DNA of 64,000 nucleotides, from contig OZ037834.1 of the NCBI GenBank assembly GCA_964035575.1, positions 744,001 to 808,000 on the forward strand. Direction: 5' to 3'. Under the pieces are notes generated by a model. That model was not told the DNA's origin. It saw only the letters and a program-made list of their open reading frames with translations, and did no database searches. Of this stretch, positions 34,421-45,602 are shown one piece after another. The position numbers and the translations under genes are program-made. The first letter of the stretch is position 1; each line of letters begins with the position of its first letter. Origin of the DNA: Rhynchopus sp. YZ270_cl-10 (lineage: Eukaryota).

Positions 34421-36808
34421 ATGTCGGGAAAGGGAGTGGCCGTGCCAGAGGAGGTGGTTAAATGTTTGGAGTCAAGTGAGAAGCTCAGCAAAGTGGTGCG
34501 TCAATGCAAGGACGAGGGGTTTCACCTGGAAGGCTACGACTTTTCCGGTGTGAACAACACAGTGCGAATTGTTCTCACCGGCCCGCAGTCTGCAGGGAAG
34601 TCCTCCTTGCTCGATGCAATGCTTGGCTTTCCATTCTCCCTGATCCTCAGCGGCACAGGCACGCGTCGCCCGATCCACCTCGTGTGCGAAACCAAGCCCG
34701 AGGGCGATGAGGAACTTTCAGTGGGGGGTACGAGTTACGCGTCACGCTCAGAGATGCAGGCGGCGGTGAAGGCTGCGAACGGGTCTGTGTTTTCGGAGGA
34801 GAAGCTCGACGTCCGCATCTGTTCCAAACATGTCGCGAACATTGTTGTGGTCGACCTGCCCGGGTTGAGATCTGTGGGAGATGCGGATGAATTGGAGCTG
34901 ATTAAAAAAATCACGAAAGACCACCTGGCGGAGGAGTCCAACTATATTGTGTGTGTGATTGGCGCACCAAATGATGCAGCTTCGTGGGGAGAATTGAACG
35001 ACACCATGGGTCCGTTCCTCAAGGCCAACGCAGGGTGGGAGAAGCGAGTCATAATCATCGCCAACAGGTTTAACCTGCGGATGAACGAGAACAAGACCCC
35101 TGCTCTGTGGAACGAGTATTTCCAGAATATGCGCAACTCCGGGACGGTGTTCGTGACAACCCTCGGGTACAGCAAGGACAAGTTATCTGAGGAAAGCTGG
35201 CAGGAGGACCTCGGCACTGTGCAGGAGAGGGACTCCAAGTACCTGAAGGATTTCATGGACAGCAACAACCTCTTGCACAACTCCGATTGGGACAAAGCAA
35301 ACTGCGAGATGATGGGTTTGGACAGAATTCTCGCCCGGATCAACAACCTGCTAAGGGAGGGAGCGCTCTCGAAGGCTCAGCACAACCTGAGGGATGCGAA
35401 CGAACTGACGAAGGACCTGAAAGCAAGCCAGCAGCGCATCCAGGACCAGCTGGCTGCAAACACGGAGGAGCAGATCGTATCTTTGATGGAGAGGTACGCG
35501 AAGGAGCTGGCCACGCACCTTCTTGCACTGCACGACAACAGAAGCATCTATGACAACTCGCGCTGCAAGAAGAACGATTTTGCGAGCTCGCCTCGCAAGA
35601 AGTACACCCCGAGCCACCTTCCTGAAAACCTCAAGTGCAGCTTTTGGGATGACATGGAGAAGGTTTCCTGCGACAGCAACATTCTGATTCCACACAAGCA
35701 GGCGGAGGAGAAGATGTCCTCACAAGAGTTGAAGGACAAGCTGAATATGAAGACAGCAGGGAAGGAAAATGCCCAGCGCGTCCTAATCATGGCACAGTGG
35801 TACATTCTGAGCGCGAAAGTGGAGAAAGTGTCTCGTGAAGACATCACAACGAAGGCGAGCGCAACGAACCAGCAGAGGAGACCAGACGTGAACAAACTGG
35901 TGTGTAGCGGTGCTCGGAACCGTGTGGCGGAGCTAGGGGATATTGTCATCCCGTGGATGGCAGAGATGCTGCACCAAATGGAGGTGACGTACTACAACTT
36001 CGTTGAGGGGCACCTGCTGTCAGAGGAAGGCAGTTTCGCAAGGATGGCGAACCCAGAAGCCGCGAGTTTCCACGAAGCCCTGAGGGACGCGATTTTCAAC
36101 ACCGTCTTGAGATCGAAGACAGGATCTTTTGCCGCTCGCTTCGACAAGGAGGTGAATAACTGTCGCAAGGTCATGTCCCTCGACGCTGTAGAACGGGAGA
36201 TGCTCGGCACGTTCATGGGGAACGGAAATAATGCAATCGTCAACCCGCAGGGATCAGCCAATTCTGGGCCGAATCAGCCATTGCCAGGATCTTTTGCAGA
36301 TGCTGGAACGAAGTTGCAGGCGTCGGGGATTGTCTTCGAAACCAACGAACGTCGTGCTGCCGTGCTTGCGCTGTTGCGCGCTGCGGACTCCAGCCAGGGC
36401 ATTGTGAACAACCAGATCAATGCGGATGACTGGGTGTTGGCGGGGAACTTGAGTGCCATCAGCAGACCTCTGTTCGAAGTCACGACTGATTACGTGGAAT
36501 ATATGTCCCAGCGACTGTACGAGTCCTCTGCCAGGTACGTGTGCAGTTGGATGGAGTTGGAGTACTTTGCGAATGTGATGCCGCTGTTCACAGGCGATGA
36601 TGACAACACGATCATAGGTGCGGTGAACAGCGCCGCCACTAAATTTATCCAAGCACATCGTGAACACCTGCTTCCCATGTTCGGTGTGCAAGAGGACAAA
36701 CTGCGCAACCAGCTGGAGCTCCTTGAATCAGCACTGGAGGCTGCCCGGCACCATTCCTCCGTGCAAACTACCCTGCTAGCTTCCGCAACGGCACACAGGG
36801 CTCGCTAA
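34421..36808 (+). CDS. Dynamin-related GTPase, copy 2 (795 aa)
   Basis: Paralog of 28922-31327 with the same G motifs and a divergent stalk-tip segment. Confidence 0.88.
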   Translation: MSGKGVAVPEEVVKCLESSEKLSKVVRQCKDEGFHLEGYDFSGVNNTVRIVLTGPQSAGKSSLLDAMLGFPFSLILSGTGTRRPIHLVCETKPEGDEELSVGGTSYASRSEMQAAVKAANGSVFSEEKLDVRICSKHVANIVVVDLPGLRSVGDADELELIKKITKDHLAEESNYIVCVIGAPNDAASWGELNDTMGPFLKANAGWEKRVIIIANRFNLRMNENKTPALWNEYFQNMRNSGTVFVTTLGYSKDKLSEESWQEDLGTVQERDSKYLKDFMDSNNLLHNSDWDKANCEMMGLDRILARINNLLREGALSKAQHNLRDANELTKDLKASQQRIQDQLAANTEEQIVSLMERYAKELATHLLALHDNRSIYDNSRCKKNDFASSPRKKYTPSHLPENLKCSFWDDMEKVSCDSNILIPHKQAEEKMSSQELKDKLNMKTAGKENAQRVLIMAQWYILSAKVEKVSREDITTKASATNQQRRPDVNKLVCSGARNRVAELGDIVIPWMAEMLHQMEVTYYNFVEGHLLSEEGSFARMANPEAASFHEALRDAIFNTVLRSKTGSFAARFDKEVNNCRKVMSLDAVEREMLGTFMGNGNNAIVNPQGSANSGPNQPLPGSFADAGTKLQASGIVFETNERRAAVLALLRAADSSQGIVNNQINADDWVLAGNLSAISRPLFEVTTDYVEYMSQRLYESSARYVCSWMELEYFANVMPLFTGDDDNTIIGAVNSAATKFIQAHREHLLPMFGVQEDKLRNQLELLESALEAARHHSSVQTTLLASATAHRAR

Positions 36809-37880
36809 AATACCGCCCAAAAACCCGCACGGTGGCTCTTTCTGGCAAAATTTTTCCACGCTATGTACAAATTCCTTAACAAATCTCGGAGATATTGTCT
36901 ACTTTATTTTGTGTAATCTCCAGAAGGAATTTCGAAAACGCGGCTCAACATTATTACACACAAGTGAGATAAAGTACTTTATCATCGCAACACTCGTTTT
37001 TACAGCAAAATCCGCAACATGCAACACGTTATATCCCCATGAGAGAAAATATCGTACAATGCTATTGCATTCTGAAAAGCGCACTTCACACAACTCGGGA
37101 GCTGTGGTTCCGAGTTGCATAAAATTAATTGGTGCACTCGCTGTGCTCGTGCACCAAAGCGGAACCATAGCTCCCTCGTGATGTAAAGTGCACCTTACAT
37201 CATGCAATGAATAGTTATTAGTTCTTGCCCTGTTTCCATCAATCCTTTTTTTAAGAGTGCACAACGCATTCGTTGTTTTGCAACGTATCTTGTAAAGTTT
37301 GTGAAGCGCGTGTGAGTTACCTTGGTGTACAAGGCGTGAAAGCGCGGTTTCGAAACGTTCAATTCTGGCAATTCTGTCAGACGATAAAAAATTATCAACT
37401 TCTCATTTTCTGAGATAAAAAAAACAAAAAAGAATGACATCGGTTACTGGGGGGGTTATTTCTAAAAACCTGTCCCTGTTTCTCATGTTTGGAAAATGAA
37501 AGTTGTCAATAAATTTGCATTGGGAGTTTAAAAAAACAGTGGAGATTGCACAACTGTGGCAACACAACCGAGGCAACTACACGACTCCGACATTTTGTTT
37601 TTTTGGCCCCCTTTTTTTTACCAGGGGGTTTCAACTGACAGAACAGCCGGTTTTCGACCACTTTTTTTTGTCACTTTTTGACGACTGGTCACAGCGTGCT
37701 CTACTCTAATGAGGGGTAGACGACGTCAGTGCTATGCACACGCGTCACACACACGCTTTTTCAAACACTGCTTGTTTTGTTCACCACATCTTCACAATAA
37801 AAAGCGGCCTTGCCTCCCCTCTGTTTTCCATCGCGACCCTGTTGTCCCAACACACCACACTCTCACAGACAACTTGGAAG

Positions 37881-40661
37881 ATGTCGGGAAAGGGAGTGGC
37901 CGTGCCAGAGGAGGTGGTTAAATGTTTGGAGTCAAGTGAGAAGCTCAGCAAAGTGGTGCGTCAATGCAAGGACGAGGGGTTTCACCTGGAAGGCTACGAC
38001 TTTTCCGGTGTGAACAACACAGTGCGAATTGTTCTCACCGGCCCGCAGTCTGCAGGGAAGTCCTCCTTGCTCGATGCAATGCTTGGCTTTCCATTCTCCC
38101 TGATCCTCAGCGGCACAGGCACGCGTCGCCCGATCCACCTCGTGTGCGAAACCAAGCCCGAGGGCGATGAGGAACTTTCAGTGGGGGGTACGAGTTACGC
38201 GTCACGCTCAGAGATGCAGGCGGCGGTGAAGGCTGCGAACGGGTCTGTGTTTTCGGAGGAGAAGCTCGACGTCCGCATCTGTTCCAAACATGTCGCGAAC
38301 ATTGTTGTGGTCGACCTGCCCGGGTTGAGATCTGTGGGAGATGCGGATGAATTGGAGCTGATTAAAAAAATCACGAAAGACCACCTGGCGGAGGAGTCCA
38401 ACTATATTGTGTGTGTGATTGGCGCACCAAATGATGCAGCTTCATGGGGAGAATTGAACGACACCATGGGTCCGTTCCTCAAGGCCAACGCAGGGTGGGA
38501 GAAGCGAGTCATAATCATCGCCAACAGGTTTAACCTGCGGATGAACGAGAACAAGACCCCTGCTCTGTGGAACGAGTATTTCCAGAATATGCGCAACTCC
38601 GGGACGGTGTTCGTGACAACCCTCGGGTACAGCAAGGACAAGTTATCTGAGGAAAGCTGGCAGGAGGACCTCGGCACTGTGCAGGAGAGGGACTCCAAGT
38701 ACCTGAAGGATTTCATGGACAGCAACAACCTCTTGCACAACTCCGATTGGGACAAAGCAAACTGCGAGATGATGGGTTTGGACAGAATTCTCGCCCGGAT
38801 CAACAACCTGCTAAGGGAGGGAGCGCTCTCGAAGGCTCAGCACAACCTGAGGGATGCGAACGAACTGACGAAGGACCTGAAAGCAAGCCAGCAGCGCATC
38901 CAGGACCAGCTGGCTGCAAACACGGAGGAGCAGATCATATCTTTGATGGAGAGGTACGCGAAGGAGCTGGCCACGCACCTTCTTGCACTGCACGACAGCA
39001 GAAGCATCGATGACAACTCGCGCTACACGAAGAACGAGTTCGCGAGCCCGCCTCGCAAGAAGTACACCCCGAGCCACCTTCCTGCAAACCTCAAGTGCAG
39101 CTTTTGGGATGACATGGAGAAGGTTTCCTGCGACAGCAACATTCTGATTCCACACAAGCAGGCGGAGGAGAAGATGTCCTCACGAGAGTTGAAGGACAGG
39201 CTGAATATGGAGACGGCAGGGAAGGAAAATGCAGAGCGCGTTCTAATCATGGCACAGTGGTACATTCTGAGCGCGAAAGTGGAGAAAGTGACTCGTGAAG
39301 ACATCTGGGCGAGCGCAACGAACCAGCAGAGGAGACCAGACGTGAACAAACTGGTGTGTAGCGGTGCTCGGAACCGTGTGGCGGAGCTAGGGGATATTGT
39401 CATCCCGTGGATGGCAGAGATGCTGCACCAAATGGAGGTGACGTACTACAACTTCGTTGAGGGGCACCTGCTGTCAGAGGAAGGCAGTTTCGCAAGGATG
39501 GCGAACCCAGAAGCCGCGAGTTTCCACGAAGCCCTGAGGGATGCGATTTTCAACACCGTCTTGAGGTCGAAGACAAAATCTTTTGCTGAGCGCTTCGGCA
39601 AGGAGGTGAATAACTGTCGCAAGTTCATGTCCCTCAACGCTGTAGAACGGGAGATGCTCGGCACGTTCATGGGGAACGGAAATAATGCAATCGTCATCCC
39701 GCAGGAACCAGCCAAGTATGAGCCGAGTGAGCAATTGCAAGCAGCGTTCAAAGATCCTGTTACGAAGTTGCAGGCGTCGGGGTCCGCAGTGCAGGAGGAG
39801 AAAAAGACTGACTTCGAAAACAACCAACGTCGCGCTGCCGTGCTTGCGCTGTTGCGCGTTGGGGACTCCAGCCAGACCATTGTGAACAAGCAGATCAATG
39901 CGGATGACTGGGTGTTGTCGGGGAACTTGAGTGCCATCAACAGAGCTCTGGTCGAAGTCACGACTGATTACGTGGAAAATGTGTCCCAGCGACTGTACGA
40001 GTCCTCTGCCAGGTACGTGTGCAGTTGGATGGAGTTGGAGTACTTTGCGAATGTGATGCCACTGTTCACAGAGGATAATGACAACACGATCATAGGTGCG
40101 GTGAACAGCGCCACCACCAAATTTATCCAAGGACATAATGGAAAACTGCTTTCCATGTTCGGTGTGCAAGAGGACAAACTGCGCAACCAGCTGGAGCTCC
40201 TCGAATCAGCACTGAAGGCTGCCCTGCACCATTCCTCTGTGCAAACTGCCCTGCTAGCTTCCGGAATGGCATACAAGGCTCAGCAACAGGAGGAGCTTCA
40301 GCGTGCCCTGCAGGTGAAGCGTAGATTGCAGGAGGAACTTGATCGTGTTAAGCTTCAGAAGGAGAAGGAGAAAAAGCAGCAAGAGGCCCTGAAGGAGAAG
40401 CGAAGACTGCAGGAGGAGCTTCAGAAGGAGAAGGAGAAAAAGAAGCAGCAGGAGCTTGAGCGTGTTCAGAAGCAGAAAAAGAAGCAGGAGCTTCAGCGTG
40501 CTCAGGAGGAGATTAATCGTGCCCAGAAGGAGGTGCACGATATCAAGAGTAAGAATCTTCCTACATTAAGACCCCCCGCGAAGAGAATACTGCAGGAGGA
40601 GCTTGCACGTGCTGTGAAGGCGCTTGAGCTTGCCCAGAAGGCGAAAAGGGACCTTGAGTGA
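37881..40661 (+). CDS. Dynamin-related GTPase, copy 3 (926 aa) with extra E/K/Q-rich coiled-coil tail
   Basis: Paralog whose frame continues past the stop position of copies 1 and 2 into a 126-aa charged tail (40281-40661). Confidence 0.88.
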   Translation: MSGKGVAVPEEVVKCLESSEKLSKVVRQCKDEGFHLEGYDFSGVNNTVRIVLTGPQSAGKSSLLDAMLGFPFSLILSGTGTRRPIHLVCETKPEGDEELSVGGTSYASRSEMQAAVKAANGSVFSEEKLDVRICSKHVANIVVVDLPGLRSVGDADELELIKKITKDHLAEESNYIVCVIGAPNDAASWGELNDTMGPFLKANAGWEKRVIIIANRFNLRMNENKTPALWNEYFQNMRNSGTVFVTTLGYSKDKLSEESWQEDLGTVQERDSKYLKDFMDSNNLLHNSDWDKANCEMMGLDRILARINNLLREGALSKAQHNLRDANELTKDLKASQQRIQDQLAANTEEQIISLMERYAKELATHLLALHDSRSIDDNSRYTKNEFASPPRKKYTPSHLPANLKCSFWDDMEKVSCDSNILIPHKQAEEKMSSRELKDRLNMETAGKENAERVLIMAQWYILSAKVEKVTREDIWASATNQQRRPDVNKLVCSGARNRVAELGDIVIPWMAEMLHQMEVTYYNFVEGHLLSEEGSFARMANPEAASFHEALRDAIFNTVLRSKTKSFAERFGKEVNNCRKFMSLNAVEREMLGTFMGNGNNAIVIPQEPAKYEPSEQLQAAFKDPVTKLQASGSAVQEEKKTDFENNQRRAAVLALLRVGDSSQTIVNKQINADDWVLSGNLSAINRALVEVTTDYVENVSQRLYESSARYVCSWMELEYFANVMPLFTEDNDNTIIGAVNSATTKFIQGHNGKLLSMFGVQEDKLRNQLELLESALKAALHHSSVQTALLASGMAYKAQQQEELQRALQVKRRLQEELDRVKLQKEKEKKQQEALKEKRRLQEELQKEKEKKKQQELERVQKQKKKQELQRAQEEINRAQKEVHDIKSKNLPTLRPPAKRILQEELARAVKALELAQKAKRDLE

Positions 40662-41080
40662 GGCTTTGCGAGTTCTTGCCCTGTTTCTATCACATTATTG
40701 CATCTTGTTTTTAAGAGTGCACAACGCATTCATTGTTTTGTAACGTAGCTTGTGAAGCGCAGCTCCCCAAAGGAACAATAACAAAAGTAAAGCGCAAAAT
40801 ACCTCCTTTGTATCTCACCTGCCCCCCTCACACCCTGACGACAGCGACTGTGTCAGCCACTTTGCCTTCCCGTGCCCACCACGTTCGGACACTGCACACA
40901 ACCCACTTTTGAGACCCTTCTTCACAGCTGTCTGTGCTGCTGGTGGTGCATCACCACACAACCTCTGTTGCTGGGACAGGCATCACCTTTGTTCAAGTTT
41001 CTTTGTGTCCACAACACCACACCACACAGGTCCTTCCTTCTCTCCCTACCCCTTCCCACCCCTCCTTCCACAAAACGAAA

Positions 41081-43563
41081 ATGGTTGTCGTAAATGGCGC
41101 GTCTCCCACCGCACCACCGATGGCTGAGTGCGGCAACACTGGATGCACGTCACCTGCAGAGCTGCAGTGTGGGTACTGCATCGATATGTACTTCTGCAGC
41201 AAGGATGCCTGCTTCGACGCTCTGCACCGTGAACCCGACCGTGCCGTGCACCGCAAGTCTGTCAGTGCGTATGGGACAACATCGATGTGTGCCCTGCATC
41301 GGGGCCAAGAGCTGCGCCTCATCTGTGAAGACCCTGCACGACGGAACACGTGGGACACACCACAACCGACATCCCGCAGTACATGGAGCGTGTGCGCGGA
41401 ACCCTCTGCACACATGAGGCAGATCTGAGGAAGCGACGCACTGCTGCAGAGGAGGAGTGCCGTGTGCTTGAGGGATTGGGTGTCAGGTGCAAAGACCATC
41501 TGCAGCAGACAGAGCGCGGGTACCTCTTTATGGCGGAGGGCTGGACACGCAGCCACATTGAGAGCGAGGAGGAGGTGTCGAGGAAGCTCCACACACAGCT
41601 GTACAGTATTGCAGGTGACGTGTCTGCACTGAAGGCGTTCAGCGCACATGCGGACGACGTGGTTGCTACGTGCAAGGATGTGTGCCAGCTTGGGCCTGAT
41701 GTCGCACAGCGCATGATCACACAGTCGCAGGAGATCATGCACACCATAGCAAGCATCCCACCGAACATGAACCGCCACCGCCTTGTGGGTGTTGTCTCCC
41801 CACATGCAGAGCTTTCCGTGACATTGCCTGAGTGTGTTGCAAGCCTGCACGACGACCTTGCCCAGAGTTTGCGAGTTGGTGTGTCTCTGCCTGTGGAGGG
41901 CTTTGATGGCGAGATGCACAAGGTTGAGGTGGGTGAGGAGGACACAGCCGCAGACTTGCATCGGAAGGTGGCGTCTGCAGTGGGGTTGCCTGAAGAGGTG
42001 GTGCACGTGAGCTACAAGGGCGAAGCGGTTGTGGAGGGAGAGGACATGTGGCCAGCGCCGCTGCGTGCAGACAGGATCGTGGTGACGAAGACAACGAAGT
42101 ACGAAGCCACCACTGCACTGGAGGCATTGGGTGTGCCAGCGCACGCAGAGTCGCTGCAGCGTGTGGATGATGCAAAGGTGGCCTGCTTGCTTCTGCAGGC
42201 GGAGGTTGCGACTGCAATTCCCGACAGGTTCCTGTCCGGTGCAATATTCACAACACTCGACCTGACCGGCACGGGCTTGAGCTTTGTTACGACTGTTGGT
42301 GAGAGCTTTCTTCGCAGCTGTCCGAACCTGACAACAGCCAACATCTCAGGCTTGACTGGCGTGACTGCGATTGGGATGCACTTCCTGAGTGGGTGCTCGT
42401 ATCTGACAGAGCTTGTCGCTGACTTGAGCCACGTCACCGCCATACCAGACTTCTTTCTCTACCAGTGCACGGCACTGACGAACGTCGACGTCACCAGTTG
42501 GAACAGCGTGACCTCGATTGGGAACAGCTTCTGTCGCAGGTGCGCATCGTTGGAAAGCTTCGACCTGACTGGGTTCGTGAATGTCACTGCCATTGAGGAT
42601 GGTTTCCTGCAGGAGTGTATGTCGCTGAGACGCCTCGACCTCTCTTGCATGAGCAGTCTCGCCGAGGTTGGTGGTGGCTTTCTGAAGGACTGCCGGACAC
42701 TGACAGACGTGGACGTGTCTGGTCTGCCCAGTCTGGGTGTGATCGGGAACAGCTTCCTCGATGGCTGTTCGGCACTGAAAACACTCAACCTATGTGGCTT
42801 CGAAGGTGTGACCGCAATTGGCACTCACTTCGCTTACAATTGCACACTGCTGCAAACAGTGAGCATTTCAGGCTTGAACAGCGTGGCTGCGATTGGGAAG
42901 TGCTGCCTTGCCGGGTGCACGATGCTGAAGACACTTACGATCACTGGCTTGACAGCGCTGCCTCGTATCGAAGACTCCTTCGCTTCAAACTGTGTGTCGT
43001 TGACGTCACTGAACATTGCTGGTTTGCGCAGTGTGACCGTTCTTGGGGACGACTTCCTGTCCGGGTGCCCGAATTTACGAGGACACGACTTCACTGCCTT
43101 GTCAGGCGTCACTGCAGTTGGGGCGAACTGCCTTGAGGGGTGTGCGGACTTGGGACCGTTGAAGCAGCTTCAGGAACAGGAAGCGAAAAAGAAGCAGGTG
43201 GAGAAGAAGCAACAGGAGGAGCTTGAGCGTGTACAGAAGCAGAAGAAACTTGAGTGTGCCCCGAAGGAGAAGAAGAAGCAGGAGGAGTTGCAGGAGAAGC
43301 AGCTGTACCTTCAGAAGCAGCGGGAGCGGAAACTGGCAATGAAGCAGGCAAACTTTCAGATGTGGGTGCGCATGGCGGCGCGCCAGTGCGCCAGGAAGGA
43401 GACTCAGTTGACACCTCAGGAAGAGGAGAAGAACAAGAAGGAGGAGCAGCAGCAGCGGCACAAACAGGAACAGAAGCGTAAGCAGAGGAAGCACCAAGAA
43501 CGCAAGCACAAAGAACGGAGCCGGGATCCGCAGGAATTTTGCAAATGGGGACAGACCAAATAA
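41081..43563 (+). pseudogene. B-box/coiled-coil/Ubl/LRR copy 4, frameshifted by a 34-bp deletion in B-box 2 (or an N-truncated isoform from ATG 41383)
   Basis: TGTGGAAAAGCCTTGCTCTGCACGTCCTGCGTCA, present in copies 1-3, is missing at 41338/41339 (CA microhomology). The downstream frame stays open to TAA 43563. Confidence 0.75.
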
Positions 43564-44918
43564 TAGGGAAATATGGGATTTGGTGTACCTTCGTCGTGTA
43601 CGGGAAAGAAAAACATTTACAAACCAGTTCACCACGCTGTGGGTAGGTCCCGTGCGAAAATGAGAATAATTAAAACTTGGTTTTCCAAACAACGTTTCCT
43701 CAACCCCTCTCCTCCCCTCCCTTTCTTTTTTTACCCAGTCCTGTTTGTGACACCGTTTCTCAGGCTGCATAAAACGTGTTCGACGTTTCCCTCCCCTTTG
43801 CAGACATTGTCCACATGAGACAGTGCCTCGTGTGTGCACCCAGCAAGATGGCTGGATGAACATATTATTATTTTTCTTGCCCTGTTTCTGTCACTTCATT
43901 GCATCCTGTTTTTAAGAGTGTACGACGCATTCATTGTTTTGTAACGTAGCTTTCACCTCGGTGTGCAAGCACCCCACCCCTTTGTCTTGGCTTCACTTTC
44001 CCTGCCCTCATTCCAACGCAAGGGCATCTCCCCTGTCCGTGCACCGCTCAGTTGTCCTTGTCACTTTCATACCCTACCTCATTGCCTTGCTTGCTTGCAT
44101 ACCCCTAAGAAATAAGAGAGAAATAAATAATAAAGCGCAAAAGACCTCTTCTTCTACACAGCAGTGGAAGTGACACCTCCGTGAGGTTGAGTACTTTCAC
44201 ACTAGTATTTTTTTTTGGCCAATAAAACGCATGATTCGCCGAGCGGTTGTGAACCGCCTCCGACCACCCACGTCCCACCCTTTGCATGAGCTCGACTGAG
44301 ATGCGTTTTAGCACGTTTCAACTGCTCCTTTTTTTTTACACAGGTGTCCTTTTGTGGCACCGTTTCTCAAACTCAAACAACGTGTTCGTCATGTGGGTTG
44401 GTATCCCGTGTGAAAAAATAGGAAGAAGACTCAGTTTGCCAAACAACGTTTCCCTCATCCCTTCCCTCCCCCTTTGCACACATTGTCCACATGAGACAGT
44501 GCCTCGTGTGCACCCAGCAAGATGGCTGGATGAACATATTATCATTTTTCTTGCCCTGTTTCTATCACTTCATTGCATCTTGTTTTCAAGAGTGTACGAC
44601 GCATTCATTGTTTTGTAACGTAGCTTTCACCTCGGTGTACAAGCACCCACCCCTTTGTCTTGGCTTCACTTTCCCTCCCCTCATTCCAACACAAGGACAT
44701 CTCCCCTGTCCGTGCACCGCTTAGTGGTGTCCTTGTCATCTCACTTTCATACCCCTACCCCATTGGCTTACTTTGCACATGCACACACCCAAAAAAAGAG
44801 AGATTTTTTTTTCTTTTCACTCAAAACCGAACCACAATCTCCACCACCTCAGAAAACGACACATCCTCCACTCCACTGACTCTCTCTCTCTTTCTCTTTC
44901 TCTTTCTCTCACACCAAA

Positions 44919-45602
44919 ATGTCAACCCCAGCCGAAGTCTCTCGCCAGGCCCGTTCCGAACGCAGCCGCGACATTCACGAAAAAGCTGCAGAAGGCTGCA
45001 TCAAACTCCGTGAGCACGAGGACTGGGTCGAATACTACCACACAGAGAAGCGTCTGGTCTTCTACTTCTGCGTCGGCAGCAACTACAAAACGAATGCCCG
45101 CGAGAAGACACCCTTCAAGACACCAGCCCGCCCTGAGCTCGGCGCCATGCCTGAATTCGATGAGACCGGGGGAAAAGGCGCTTTTGTCCCGCAGCAAAAA
45201 TTTGTGTCCAAACTGCTGCAGCATGCGGGAGACACGATTGAGGTGGAGGAGATCGGGGGTGGGGCGGCGCAGGTGATAAAGTTTAGGGATGTGGAGAAGG
45301 AGAAGATTGCGTTGCAGTCGAGAACCAATAAATATAAAAGCGAGCAGGCAAAGTTTATACAGGAGCAAGCCGACAAGAAGGTGGCAGAAGAATTAGAGCA
45401 AGAAAAACAACGGCAAAAGCGGGCACGCGAAGAGGAGAAGGAGGCCCTCAGGTCTGCAGCGAAGAAACGCAGGATGGACACCAACGACGAGCAGAACCAA
45501 AAGATGGCGGGGCAGTTTTCCAGGCGGAAGGGGACCTCGAGCACCTCAAGCACGCTGAGCTTTGGAGGGGCTTCAAAAAAACCGAGCTTTGCAAAAAAAT
45601 GA
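44919..45602 (+). CDS. Hypothetical protein (227 aa) with degenerate WW-like segment and basic/charged C-terminus, possibly nuclear
   Basis: ATG after a polypyrimidine tract. Coding-like composition. EDWVEYYHTEKRLVFYF resembles a WW domain. KKRR is NLS-like. Confidence 0.7.
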   Translation: MSTPAEVSRQARSERSRDIHEKAAEGCIKLREHEDWVEYYHTEKRLVFYFCVGSNYKTNAREKTPFKTPARPELGAMPEFDETGGKGAFVPQQKFVSKLLQHAGDTIEVEEIGGGAAQVIKFRDVEKEKIALQSRTNKYKSEQAKFIQEQADKKVAEELEQEKQRQKRAREEEKEALRSAAKKRRMDTNDEQNQKMAGQFSRRKGTSSTSSTLSFGGASKKPSFAKK

